Of a stretch of DNA of 64,000 bases, positions 9,730 to 18,142 are shown piece after piece. How positions within the stretch are numbered: the first letter of the stretch is position 1; every line of letters starts with the position of its first letter. Location: the NCBI GenBank assembly GCA_022823185.1, contig JAJDXQ010000006.1, forward strand, positions 70,738-134,737, given 5' to 3'. The DNA comes from Caldilineaceae bacterium. Lineage in GTDB: Bacteria > Chloroflexota > Anaerolineae > Caldilineales > Caldilineaceae. Made by a program: the position numbers and the translations under genes. The notes below the pieces were generated by a model. That model was not told the origin of the DNA. It made no database searches and saw only the letters and a program-made list of their open reading frames with translations.

Positions 9730-9931
9730 GCACCTTTCCTTTCGCGGCTGTCTCTTAAGACGGCTGTGGTTTTTGTGTTGGTAGGATTGATCTACAGTGA
9801 TTGTCGTGAGGGAATTCAGCCCGCCCGTCGGCCGCATCCAGCCGCCTTGTATCGGGAGGCGCCGGCGCCATGCCTCTGCCCAGGCAAGCGCCTCGACGGC
9901 CCAGAAAACTGCCGCGGCGTCCGTGCAGGGC

Positions 9932-10597
9932 TCAATTGGTGAACAACTGTCCGGTCGGGCCAATGGTCATCGCCGGCAGCGCCTCTTGACTGCTGATCAT
10001 ATGATCCAGCAGCTGAAGTTCGCGCCCCAGGTAGTAGTTGCCCAGCTCCAAGAGCTGCGGCACGCCCGGCGTCGCCAGCATGCGGTGCTTGTCCTCCGGC
10101 CGCACCTGCAAGGTGATGGCGGTTAGAAAGGCCAGGCTCGTCGCGTCCTCCGGCAGTCGATCCAGTTTCAGCTGGATTCCCGTCGCCTTTGTCAACAGCT
10201 CGACATATCGCGTAATCTTGGGACGCACATTGTGCGCACGGTCGACCGCCTGCTTTGTATCCCCGTCAGTAACCGGAAAATGCCGCACTCGCCCGCTCAG
10301 ATACGGCAGGTCGCGGTTCAACTCTTCGATCCGGAATCGACGCGTGCCCACCACCTGGATATTCATTCTGCCATCCTGCTGGCGGTCCACTTTCACGATG
10401 CGGGCAGCCGTCCCGACCCTGTGCGGAACCGCTTCGCCCCCTACCTCGCGGCCCTCCTTAATCAAGACAACACCGAAAGCCAGGTCCTCATCCAGACAGC
10501 GGTTGATCATCTCCCGATAGCGGGGTTCAAAGATATGCAGAGGTAACGCCATACCCGGGAACAGCACAACATTGAGAGGGAAGAGCGGCATTTCCAT
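9932..10597 (-). CDS. LON N-terminal substrate-binding domain protein
   Basis: MEMPLFPLNVVLFPGMALPLHIFEPRYREMI is the canonical LON_substr_bdg start. GGAG lies 7 nt upstream of ATG 10597. A longer ORF to ATG 10660, abutting the truD stop, is an alternative. Confidence 0.75.
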   Translation of the reverse strand: MEMPLFPLNVVLFPGMALPLHIFEPRYREMINRCLDEDLAFGVVLIKEGREVGGEAVPHRVGTAARIVKVDRQQDGRMNIQVVGTRRFRIEELNRDLPYLSGRVRHFPVTDGDTKQAVDRAHNVRPKITRYVELLTKATGIQLKLDRLPEDATSLAFLTAITLQVRPEDKHRMLATPGVPQLLELGNYYLGRELQLLDHMISSQEALPAMTIGPTGQLFTN

Positions 10598-10660
10598 GGT
10601 GGCACTCCGTTGCCTAGGGGAGAATCCGTAATCGCTTTCGGGTCTTCTTTCGAGCGTCAT

Positions 10661-11770
10661 TCAATTCTTGCCGTCTACCTCTGACTCGCCGCTATCAACA
10701 GCCGCCTGTGCCAACAAATCATCAGAAACCTTCATGAATTCGCGCAGCACTGTTGTCGCAAATGCCCCTTTCGGTAACGAAAACTCCACAACGATTCCAT
10801 TCTCGTTCTGGGTAACCGACAGATCATCCAGCAATATCCGACCCAGCCGCCGCGTGCCCTTCATTTTTGCTCTGGAAAACGCAGCCGCGTCGAGGCCGCT
10901 CCCTTCCAAGACCTCCTGCTCCAACTCTCCCGCCTCTGCCTCCGCATCCCACATCTTCGGGCCATAGATGGGCGCAGTGAAACTGATCTCCTTCTCGTCG
11001 TAACGGCTCTGTTCCTTCGCCCCATCAGCGACAATGAACAGTCCGCCGGTGTCGTGCTTCTTGGCAATGTCCCCGGCCAGCATCCTGCTGAAACGACCCT
11101 GCTCCTGCCGCAATGCCAAGTATCGGTTGCACAGATAGCTCTGTACACTGGCGAGCAGAAGGCTGCGCAACCAACGGTTCGACATCCGCTTCCCGCCCTG
11201 CAGCAACTCCCATCCCCGCCGCACATTCGCGCCGTTCTGCCCCAGGCGTTGCGGGCCGTAGAAATTTGGGAGCCCGCGACCGCGCAACTGGCCCGCGATC
11301 GCATCCGCCCGCGTCTTCGCCTGCCCCGCCTCGACCGACAGTTCTGTAACCGTTATAGAGAAGCGGTTGCCCAGGAGGTGGCCCTTCTTGAGCTTGTTGC
11401 GGTGAAGCCGCGCCCAATTCACCTCCACCGGGGCCTTCTCACTGATGCGCGATGGCGCCTCCCGCACAAACGCCTCGTCTACGTGGCCGACCAGCAAGCT
11501 GAACGTCTGCGTCGTCCTCGCAAACTTGTCCTTCATGCCGGCAAATCCTACCGCGCCGTAGGGCAGGTGGAACGTCTCGGCCAAGCCCCGCGCGACTTCA
11601 CGAGTGGTCAGTTCCTCTTTTGTTATGTTGACATAAAGATGCTGACCGGCGCCGCTGGCTTCGTATAGAGGTATCTCCTCGACGATAAAGGCGTCCGGCG
11701 CAGCCCGCAACTGTCCGCCGAGCCCCGGCAGTCCATCTGTACTGTACGGCAGCTTCAAATTCAGTTCCAC
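10661..11770 (-). CDS. truD: tRNA pseudouridine(13) synthase TruD
   Basis: 369-aa ORF. FIVEEIPLYEASGAGQHLYVNITKE and catalytic GMKDKFARTTQ (GxKD) motif; length and order fit TruD. Confidence 0.85.
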   Translation of the reverse strand: MELNLKLPYSTDGLPGLGGQLRAAPDAFIVEEIPLYEASGAGQHLYVNITKEELTTREVARGLAETFHLPYGAVGFAGMKDKFARTTQTFSLLVGHVDEAFVREAPSRISEKAPVEVNWARLHRNKLKKGHLLGNRFSITVTELSVEAGQAKTRADAIAGQLRGRGLPNFYGPQRLGQNGANVRRGWELLQGGKRMSNRWLRSLLLASVQSYLCNRYLALRQEQGRFSRMLAGDIAKKHDTGGLFIVADGAKEQSRYDEKEISFTAPIYGPKMWDAEAEAGELEQEVLEGSGLDAAAFSRAKMKGTRRLGRILLDDLSVTQNENGIVVEFSLPKGAFATTVLREFMKVSDDLLAQAAVDSGESEVDGKN

Positions 11771-11873
11771 GTGATTTTCAGGCCTTCCAGCCTGTCCACA
11801 TCATCTGACAACAATTATATCGGACCGACGCGCACTGCTCAGGAAGAAACGTTCCAATGACAAAGGCCCAAGC

Positions 11874-12509
11874 CTATCCGTCTGCGAAATAGATCAGGCT
11901 GTAGCAGAACGGCGTGCCCCGCCGCCCGCCGTAGCGAAATCCCGCCTCCTGCAACCAGTGTCGAACCGTTCGCTGCCTTGCATATCCTGTATGGGGCAAC
12001 TCCTCACTAACCGCCACACGCCCACCCGGTCTGAGAACGCGGCGCAGCTCCTCCATCGCAAAGAGAGGTTGCGGCATCTCGGATAGCGACGCGATTGCCA
12101 CTGCCGCGTCCACACTGTCGCTCTCCAGCGGCAGTCGGTAAGCGCCGCAATGGTGGAAACTGACGCGCGACGCAAAACCGGCGCTCTCAACCCTGGCGCG
12201 GGCCGCCTCCACCATCGTCGCCTGAATATCCACCGCGTGAACACGCCCCCTTATTCCTACCTGGCGGGCCATTTCCACCGTGAACACACCCGTGCCGCAA
12301 CCCAAATCCAGTACAGTCTCGCCAGGTCCGAGCCCGAACGGACCCAGCGTGGCAACCGGATCCCGATAGCGCATGCGCGCCGGATGATCGAGAAGATTGC
12401 GCAACGGCGCAGGATACGGCCGCGGCCGGTTTCGATGAGCGATCCGCCCGCCAATCTGAGCGCCCATCGCAAATCCCAGGCATCGTATCAGAAGATTTCC
12501 CAAACCCAT
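11874..12509 (-). CDS. Class I SAM-dependent methyltransferase
   Basis: 211-aa ORF with motif I VLDLGCGTGVFT and post-I VHAVDI. Confidence 0.8.
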   Translation of the reverse strand: MGLGNLLIRCLGFAMGAQIGGRIAHRNRPRPYPAPLRNLLDHPARMRYRDPVATLGPFGLGPGETVLDLGCGTGVFTVEMARQVGIRGRVHAVDIQATMVEAARARVESAGFASRVSFHHCGAYRLPLESDSVDAAVAIASLSEMPQPLFAMEELRRVLRPGGRVAVSEELPHTGYARQRTVRHWLQEAGFRYGGRRGTPFCYSLIYFADG

Positions 12510-12564
12510 ATGACCAGATTCTCTGGCTGGCGCGCGGCCGCCGCGATGCGCTACAGACCGGCGC

Positions 12565-13806
12565 TCACTGGCTGCTGCACGGGAAACGGATGCTCAGCAT
12601 TCCCCCGGCAAAGACCGCTCCGCTGGCTTCCCGTTGCGCCAGGATCGTCGGAAGCAGATATTCGCGCTTGAAGTTTCCAATCGAAATGAACAGCTCATCG
12701 CCCCGCTTGGCCAGTCGGATCTTGTCCAGCTCTATATGCGGTAAAGGCAACTTGAGAACGAAATCGTCGCCCTCCTCCTCAATCTCCTGCGCTTGGCCCA
12801 CGTACATCACCTCCCCCGGGTCCCGTTCACCGTACAACTCATCCGCTAATGACTGCAAGGGCCCAATGCCGACCATCTCCTCGCTGCGCCAACCGCTGTA
12901 CAGAAGCGGCAGCGGATAGAAATCCCGCTCGATTTCCGCCAGATACCGGGCCTGATGCGCCTGAAGCTGGCGCAAATACGGATCGCTGCTTGGCGCCGAA
13001 ACCGCTGCCGCCGCCTGTCCCGGTCCATCGCCTTCCCCTCCATCGACCCTTCTCGCCGCGCGCACACCAGGCAGAATGCGGTTGACCACCACCCCATCCA
13101 CCGGACATCCGTATAACGACAAGTAGGTTACCGCACGGGCCCCCTCCTTGATCACCATCTTCTCCGGATTGACGACAACACGGTAGCTGGTGGTCTTGGG
13201 ATCGCTCAAAACCTCCTGCAACGCCTTTACATCATCCACCAGCTTGGGCAGACCGGCCAGCGCGTCCTGTTCCGGCATCAGCCGCCCCAACAGGCCCCCG
13301 GTCAGACGCATCGCCGTTTCTCCCCAACCGAAGAAGCGCTCGACATACCACTGAAAACTCTCCGGCATCGCCAGCAACCGCATCGACTCGCCCGTCGGCG
13401 CCGCGTCTACGATCACCCGGTCATATTCATCCGTCGTCGCGTAGCGGAAAATATGCAGCAGGCTGAAAATCTCCTCCATGCCCGGGAGGATCGCCATCTC
13501 CTCCGCAACCGTCCTGCTCATGCCCTGCTTTTGCAGAATCTTGCCCATGTAATTCTGCAACGCGCCCCAATTCTTCCGAACTTCATCTACGACGTTGATC
13601 TCTTGCGCAAACAGGTTGGACGCCACCTCGGTCGGTTCGCTCTGCAGCGGCCTGTCCAGGCTGTCTGCCAGGCTGTGGGCGATGTCTGTGCTGACCACCA
13701 GCGTCCGGGACCCCATCTGCGCGCAGCGCAGCGCCGTCGCCGCCGCCGTCGTTGTCTTGCCAACCCCTCCCTTTCCCAAATAAAGAAGTATGCGCACAGT
13801 CTCCAC
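12565..13806 (-). CDS. ArsA/Get3(TRC40)-type ATPase with C-terminal HSP20-like (ArsA_HSP20) domain
   Basis: 413-aa ORF. Deviant Walker [38 protein letters not shown]-terminal [38 protein letters not shown] is an alpha-crystallin-like module. Confidence 0.85.
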   Translation of the reverse strand: METVRILLYLGKGGVGKTTTAAATALRCAQMGSRTLVVSTDIAHSLADSLDRPLQSEPTEVASNLFAQEINVVDEVRKNWGALQNYMGKILQKQGMSRTVAEEMAILPGMEEIFSLLHIFRYATTDEYDRVIVDAAPTGESMRLLAMPESFQWYVERFFGWGETAMRLTGGLLGRLMPEQDALAGLPKLVDDVKALQEVLSDPKTTSYRVVVNPEKMVIKEGARAVTYLSLYGCPVDGVVVNRILPGVRAARRVDGGEGDGPGQAAAAVSAPSSDPYLRQLQAHQARYLAEIERDFYPLPLLYSGWRSEEMVGIGPLQSLADELYGERDPGEVMYVGQAQEIEEEGDDFVLKLPLPHIELDKIRLAKRGDELFISIGNFKREYLLPTILAQREASGAVFAGGMLSIRFPCSSQ

Positions 13807-13856
13807 CTCTATTCAACCCTGAAGGCGCTGGGAACCCGGCCGCGCACGGCGTTCCC

Positions 13857-14567
13857 CTATTCGCTTCCCCCTTCAGTTCTCCCGCCGCGCCCGCCCCTTC
13901 GCACCAGCGCCGCCCCTGCCAGCGCCACCAGCAGCGCGCCAGCCGCCACATACAGGGCAGCTTGACGGCTCAAACCGAACCAGCCCCGTATCCGCCACCA
14001 ATAGAACGGCAGTTGGGCCCAATAGCTCCACCTCAGATGCCAACGATGGCCGATTGACATCACATACTTGCCCATCTGATTGTCCCGACTCCAGACCACA
14101 AGATAGCAACGCCCCCCTACCAGAGTGCGGGTGTCGATCGTCGGACCAGGGAAGTACCTGGCACGGGTCAGAACATCCTTTACCGGTTGCAGAAGCTCGG
14201 TTGGCGGCGGCGCAACGATCGCGCTGTAGCCCCGCGGCAACTCCAATGGCACCTCATGCATGTCCGCGCTGTACGGCAGGCTCCGCGCCACAACCGCAAT
14301 CGCCGGCGCCGCCGCAAGGCCCTGGGCAAGGACCGGGACAAACATCTGCGCCCGCAGACGGTCGCCGGCCTTACAGTCAACCCGGTACACGTGCGTCTCG
14401 CCAAACCCCCCGAACGCGCCAAATAGCAGCCTTTTCCGGCTGAAATCAGTGAACGACTCACCGTCCACCAACTGGTTGCCCGGTCGGCTGCCGAATACAG
14501 GAACGCTTCCTGCAAGATCGACGCCGGACGAAGGACGAGCATCAGCTTCATCGCCTGCTTCGGTCAC
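13857..14567 (-). CDS. Hypothetical tail-anchored membrane protein
   Basis: 236-aa ORF. Acidic N-terminus without a signal peptide, and a single C-terminal hydrophobic span AALYVAAGALLVALAGAALV followed by RRGGRGGR. Same strand, 50 nt upstream of the ArsA-like gene. Confidence 0.55.
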   Translation of the reverse strand: MTEAGDEADARPSSGVDLAGSVPVFGSRPGNQLVDGESFTDFSRKRLLFGAFGGFGETHVYRVDCKAGDRLRAQMFVPVLAQGLAAAPAIAVVARSLPYSADMHEVPLELPRGYSAIVAPPPTELLQPVKDVLTRARYFPGPTIDTRTLVGGRCYLVVWSRDNQMGKYVMSIGHRWHLRWSYWAQLPFYWWRIRGWFGLSRQAALYVAAGALLVALAGAALVRRGGRGGRTEGGSE

Positions 14568-14776
14568 AATCCCTCCTGCATATGAATACGTTAAGGCAAA
14601 GCTGCGCGTTGCAGTTCAGTATCACGGGCAAGAGTCTATCACCCGCGTCCACGCTCCGTCAACCGAAAGCCCTCCCGCCCGCGCTCGAAACTGTTCCGCC
14701 ATTTCTCCCTTTTCTGGTCCTGCCAACAAGGGTCAGAATCTTGGAATTCCCAAGAAATATATGGTACGCTTCAAAC

Positions 14777-16090
14777 ATGAATGCCCGCATTCTTGTCCAA
14801 CTTGCCCTCGTACATGTTGGGGTCTCCATAACCGTCGTTCCGGTCACCAGCACACTGAATCGCGTGATGATCGCCGACATGCAGATGCCGGTAACCCTGG
14901 TGGCCGTCCTCGTTGCCTTGCCATACCTGCTCTCCCCTCTTCAGATATTCCTGGGCAACTGGTCGGATCGTCATCCGGCGGCCGATTACCACCGCACCCC
15001 CTGGATCCTCCTCGGCGGGCTTCTCGCGGCAACCGGCAGTTACTTTACGGTCCACGTGGCCTATCTGCTGGACGAAAACTTCATTGTGGGTCTGGGCGCC
15101 GCAGCCATCGTCTTCTGCCTGTGGGGAGCCGGTATCAACGCCGCCTCGGTCAGCTATCTCTCGCTCGTGACCGAGCTTGCCGACGAAAATGGGCGCAGTC
15201 GAGCCGTAAGCATTATGTGGACCGCAATGATCGCGTCGACAATCGCCGCCAGTCTGGGTCTCTCCCGTATGTTGGCAACGCCCGCACCTCTCTCGAAGGA
15301 AACGCTTCTCACCGCCTTCGGTGTGATCTGGCTGGTTTCCGTCATATTTGTCCTTGTCGGCAGTTACCGCATCGAGCCGCGCGCATCGTCCAGAACCGAT
15401 CAACCCGCCAACAGCGCCGACGATCCCATGATCGTGTTGCGCTTGCTGGCCGTGAACCCCCAGGCCCGCCGCTTCTTTATCTACCTGATGATCGTGCTGA
15501 TCAGCATCCACGCACAGGACGTTCTGCTGGAACCGTTCGGCGCAGAAGCTCTGGGCATGTCGGTCGCAGTCACCTCACGACTGACTTCGATCTGGGGCAC
15601 AGGCATCTTTGTCACCCTCCTTGCCGGAATCCTGTTCGTTAAGCGCTGGGGGAAAAAGTCGGGCGCTAATGCCGGCGCCTACGTGACCGCCGCGGCCTTC
15701 GCCTCCATTGTCGTGTCCGGGCTTCTCGGCAATTCAAGCCTCTTTGTCGGCTCAGTATTTCTGTTGGGGTTGGGCGGCGGCCTCATGACCGTCAGCAATC
15801 TCAGTTTCATGCTGGACATGACAGTGCCCCAGGCCGCCGGCCTCTACATTGGCGCATGGAGCGTCGCCAATTTCGCCGGTCAGGCCGTCGGCAACATCAT
15901 CAGCGGCATCCTGTGGGATCTCTTCTACTGGCTGACGGGCAACCCGCTCATGGGGTATGCCGCCGTCTTCTCCCTGGAAATCGCCGGCCTGCTTCTGGCC
16001 GTCTGGCTCTTCCGCTCCATAAACGTGGAAAAGTTCCGCCGTCAGGCCGAAGTGCGGCTGCCAAACGTTCTCTCTCTCGTCACCGAGTAA
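14777..16090 (+). CDS. BCD-family MFS transporter (PucC/LhaA-like)
   Basis: ORF 14582..16090 trimmed to ATG 14777 (MNARILVQLALVHVGVSITVVPVTSTLNRVMIADMQMP...LPYLLSPLQIFLGNWSDRHP), which matches the conserved PucC-family N-terminus as I recall it. About 12 hydrophobic spans. Confidence 0.7.
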   Translation: MNARILVQLALVHVGVSITVVPVTSTLNRVMIADMQMPVTLVAVLVALPYLLSPLQIFLGNWSDRHPAADYHRTPWILLGGLLAATGSYFTVHVAYLLDENFIVGLGAAAIVFCLWGAGINAASVSYLSLVTELADENGRSRAVSIMWTAMIASTIAASLGLSRMLATPAPLSKETLLTAFGVIWLVSVIFVLVGSYRIEPRASSRTDQPANSADDPMIVLRLLAVNPQARRFFIYLMIVLISIHAQDVLLEPFGAEALGMSVAVTSRLTSIWGTGIFVTLLAGILFVKRWGKKSGANAGAYVTAAAFASIVVSGLLGNSSLFVGSVFLLGLGGGLMTVSNLSFMLDMTVPQAAGLYIGAWSVANFAGQAVGNIISGILWDLFYWLTGNPLMGYAAVFSLEIAGLLLAVWLFRSINVEKFRRQAEVRLPNVLSLVTE

Positions 16091-16301
16091 CACGCCGCCT
16101 GCATCAAAGCCCTGGCGCGGGCACTGGCCATCGACGTCCCGCGCCTTTACCAGCTATGCGCTGTGCCGTTCGTCTGTGCTATACTGGGACCATGGCACTT
16201 GAAAATCAGACCGATTTGGGTGCCGCCTACAACGGACCTTCCGACATCCGGCATCAGAATATGTGCCCCAGGACTATCTCTCAGCCCTTGAGGACGGTAG
16301 C

Positions 16302-16601
16302 ATGGTCAAAGTCTTACTGAGTTACGATATGCGGGAAGGGCACGAAGAAGACTGTCAGCGGTATGTCGTTCAGACCTTGGCCCCCGGTCTGGCGCAGTTG
16401 GGCCTGCGCATTACCGATGCCTGGTACACCCTATGGGGAGAAGCCCCCCAGATCCTTGGCGGTGGCGTCCTGGAAGATAAGGAAGATGCCGCCCGCATTT
16501 TGCGCTCCGATGAATGGCAGGAACTGATCGCAGGTCTGGAACCGTTCGTAGAAAACTTCAAGGTCCGCGTCGTCGACGCCAACGGCCGCTTCCAATTCTG
16601 A
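16302..16601 (+). CDS. Hypothetical small protein (about 99 aa)
   Basis: ORF 16263..16601. The ATG at 16302 is preceded by GAGGA. Coding-like composition (MVKVLLSYDMREGHEEDCQRYVV...). No family recognised. Confidence 0.45.
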   Translation: MVKVLLSYDMREGHEEDCQRYVVQTLAPGLAQLGLRITDAWYTLWGEAPQILGGGVLEDKEDAARILRSDEWQELIAGLEPFVENFKVRVVDANGRFQF

Positions 16602-16638
16602 ACCGCAAGCGCCCCCGACGCGTCTCTTCGCAATTCCT

Positions 16639-17511
16639 ATGGCTCATGCCCCGTCGCTAAAAAACTCCGTCGCCGCCAAACGCCGGCAGAACGCATCTCA
16701 CCCTTCCGCACAACCGCTCCACCATGTCGCTTCTGCCGGGGGCAGACCATTGGCGCTCGTCGTCTTCCTTGAAAATGTCGGCCACATCCACGGTGTCAAT
16801 CTGCCCCGCTGGGCCATGGCGGCGATCGACTGGCTGACTGAAGAGTACGCCAAATTCCAACTCCGGCTGCTCGGCGCCTACCGCCGCTACAACCGCATCC
16901 TGATTCTGGAAGATGACGATGCCACCGCCGCCAATCTGACCAGCGCCCTGATCGAGCTCAGCGCCAACCATACCGTCGATCAGCTTCTGCTCGTGCATGG
17001 ACAAATACGCTGCCTGATTGGGCACAAGGGGCAGGAGCTTGTCGACGCAGCCGCGTTCGACCAACTGCTCGCCCGCTATGCGGCGGACACCTCCCTGCTC
17101 GACCTGCGCATCGTGTACGGGGTCAACTGCTACGGCGCCAGCCTGGCTCCCACCTGGCTGGCCCTGGGCGCGCAAGCGGTCAACGGCGCGCAAGCCGTCA
17201 ACTGGCTTCCAGAGCCAAGCCTCAGCCTCTTTCTGTCCAAGTGGCTGAATGGCTCTTCCTTCAGCGAAGCCGTCGTCTCCAGCGCCAGCCGCGCTCGCGC
17301 AATCGGTAAAATCCTTTGGCCCAATCAAGTCGACGGCAGTGAACACCCACACATTGCCGGCAGCCGCCAGATCGTCTACGGCCAGCGCGACGTGACAATC
17401 GCCTCGCCAACGGACAGAACTCGAACCGCCCAATTGACATCAGCCCACAAGGCCGTGGCCGCCGCACATCCCCGGCGCACGTCAAACGGCCATGCCCATA
17501 CCGCAGACTAA
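16639..17511 (+). CDS. Hypothetical protein
   Basis: 290-aa ORF. Its composition is more protein-like than the overlapping antisense ORF 16657..17433. No recognised family; contains LLLVHGQ...(44 aa)...VNCYGAS. Confidence 0.5.
   Translation: MAHAPSLKNSVAAKRRQNASHPSAQPLHHVASAGGRPLALVVFLENVGHIHGVNLPRWAMAAIDWLTEEYAKFQLRLLGAYRRYNRILILEDDDATAANLTSALIELSANHTVDQLLLVHGQIRCLIGHKGQELVDAAAFDQLLARYAADTSLLDLRIVYGVNCYGASLAPTWLALGAQAVNGAQAVNWLPEPSLSLFLSKWLNGSSFSEAVVSSASRARAIGKILWPNQVDGSEHPHIAGSRQIVYGQRDVTIASPTDRTRTAQLTSAHKAVAAAHPRRTSNGHAHTAD
17167..17202 (+). repeat. In-frame 18-bp tandem duplication (GAQAVN x2)
   Basis: GGCGCGCAAGCGGTCAAC / GGCGCGCAAGCCGTCAAC, 17/18 identical, inside CDS 16639..17511. 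Confidence 0.9.
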
Positions 17512-17520
17512 GGAGCCGCT

Positions 17521-18108
17521 ATGCCCCTGCCCAGCCGGAATGAAGCGCTGCAACTATTGCATGAATGGGTCGAAACTGAAGGCCTGCGACGCCACATGCT
17601 GGCAGTAGAAGCCGCGATGCGCGTCTACGCCCGCCACTATGGCGAAGATGAGGACCTTTGGGGCATGACAGGCCTGCTCCACGATCTGGACTACGACCGC
17701 TTTCCCGACATGGACGACCAGGAAAACGGCCATCCCCGCACGGCCCTGCGTCTCTTCCGCAAGCACAACTATCCGCCGGAATTCATCCACGCCATCGAGG
17801 CCCACGCAACCTTCCTCGGCGTCCCCCGCCAGTCGAAACTCGATAAGGCGTTGCTCGCCTGCGACGAGTTGACCGGCCTCATCCTCGCCTGCGCCTACGT
17901 GCGCCCCGATAAAGACCTGCGTAGCGTGAAGCTCAGTTCAGTCAAAAAGAAGTGGAAGGATAAGCGTTTCACCGCCGCCATCGACCGCGCCGAAAACCTT
18001 CACTTCATTGAAGAGCTCGGCGAACCCTTCGATGAGCATGTGCAACGCGTCCTCGACGCCATGAAAGAGGTCGCAGGGCAGCTGGGCGTCTCAGGCGAGC
18101 AGAGCTAG
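17521..18108 (+). CDS. HD/HDIG domain metal-dependent phosphohydrolase
   Basis: 195-aa ORF. LRRHMLAVEAAMRVYA (H) and GLLHDLDY (HD) motifs. Confidence 0.8.
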   Translation: MPLPSRNEALQLLHEWVETEGLRRHMLAVEAAMRVYARHYGEDEDLWGMTGLLHDLDYDRFPDMDDQENGHPRTALRLFRKHNYPPEFIHAIEAHATFLGVPRQSKLDKALLACDELTGLILACAYVRPDKDLRSVKLSSVKKKWKDKRFTAAIDRAENLHFIEELGEPFDEHVQRVLDAMKEVAGQLGVSGEQS

Positions 18109-18142
18109 CCTGCCCAAGGGCCTCGCGGGACTGATCTTCGGA

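Noticed and set aside
9730-9963. 78-residue N-terminal extension of the formamidase ORF
   Set aside because: The extension (MARPDSCSPIEPCTDAAAVFWAVEAL...) has no family similarity. The internal ATG 9729 has a good RBS and begins with the conserved MATHHF... start.
14582-14776. 65-residue N-terminal extension of the PucC-like MFS ORF
   Set aside because: The extension is non-membrane, low-information sequence that overlaps the divergent promoter region. The conserved family N-terminus begins at ATG 14777.
16657-17433. 258-aa minus-strand ORF overlapping the hypothetical gene 16639..17511
   Set aside because: The Gly/Ala/Asp/Val-rich composition looks like an antisense shadow frame, and the plus frame has more protein-like variety. 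I cannot compute GC3, so the strand choice stays provisional.
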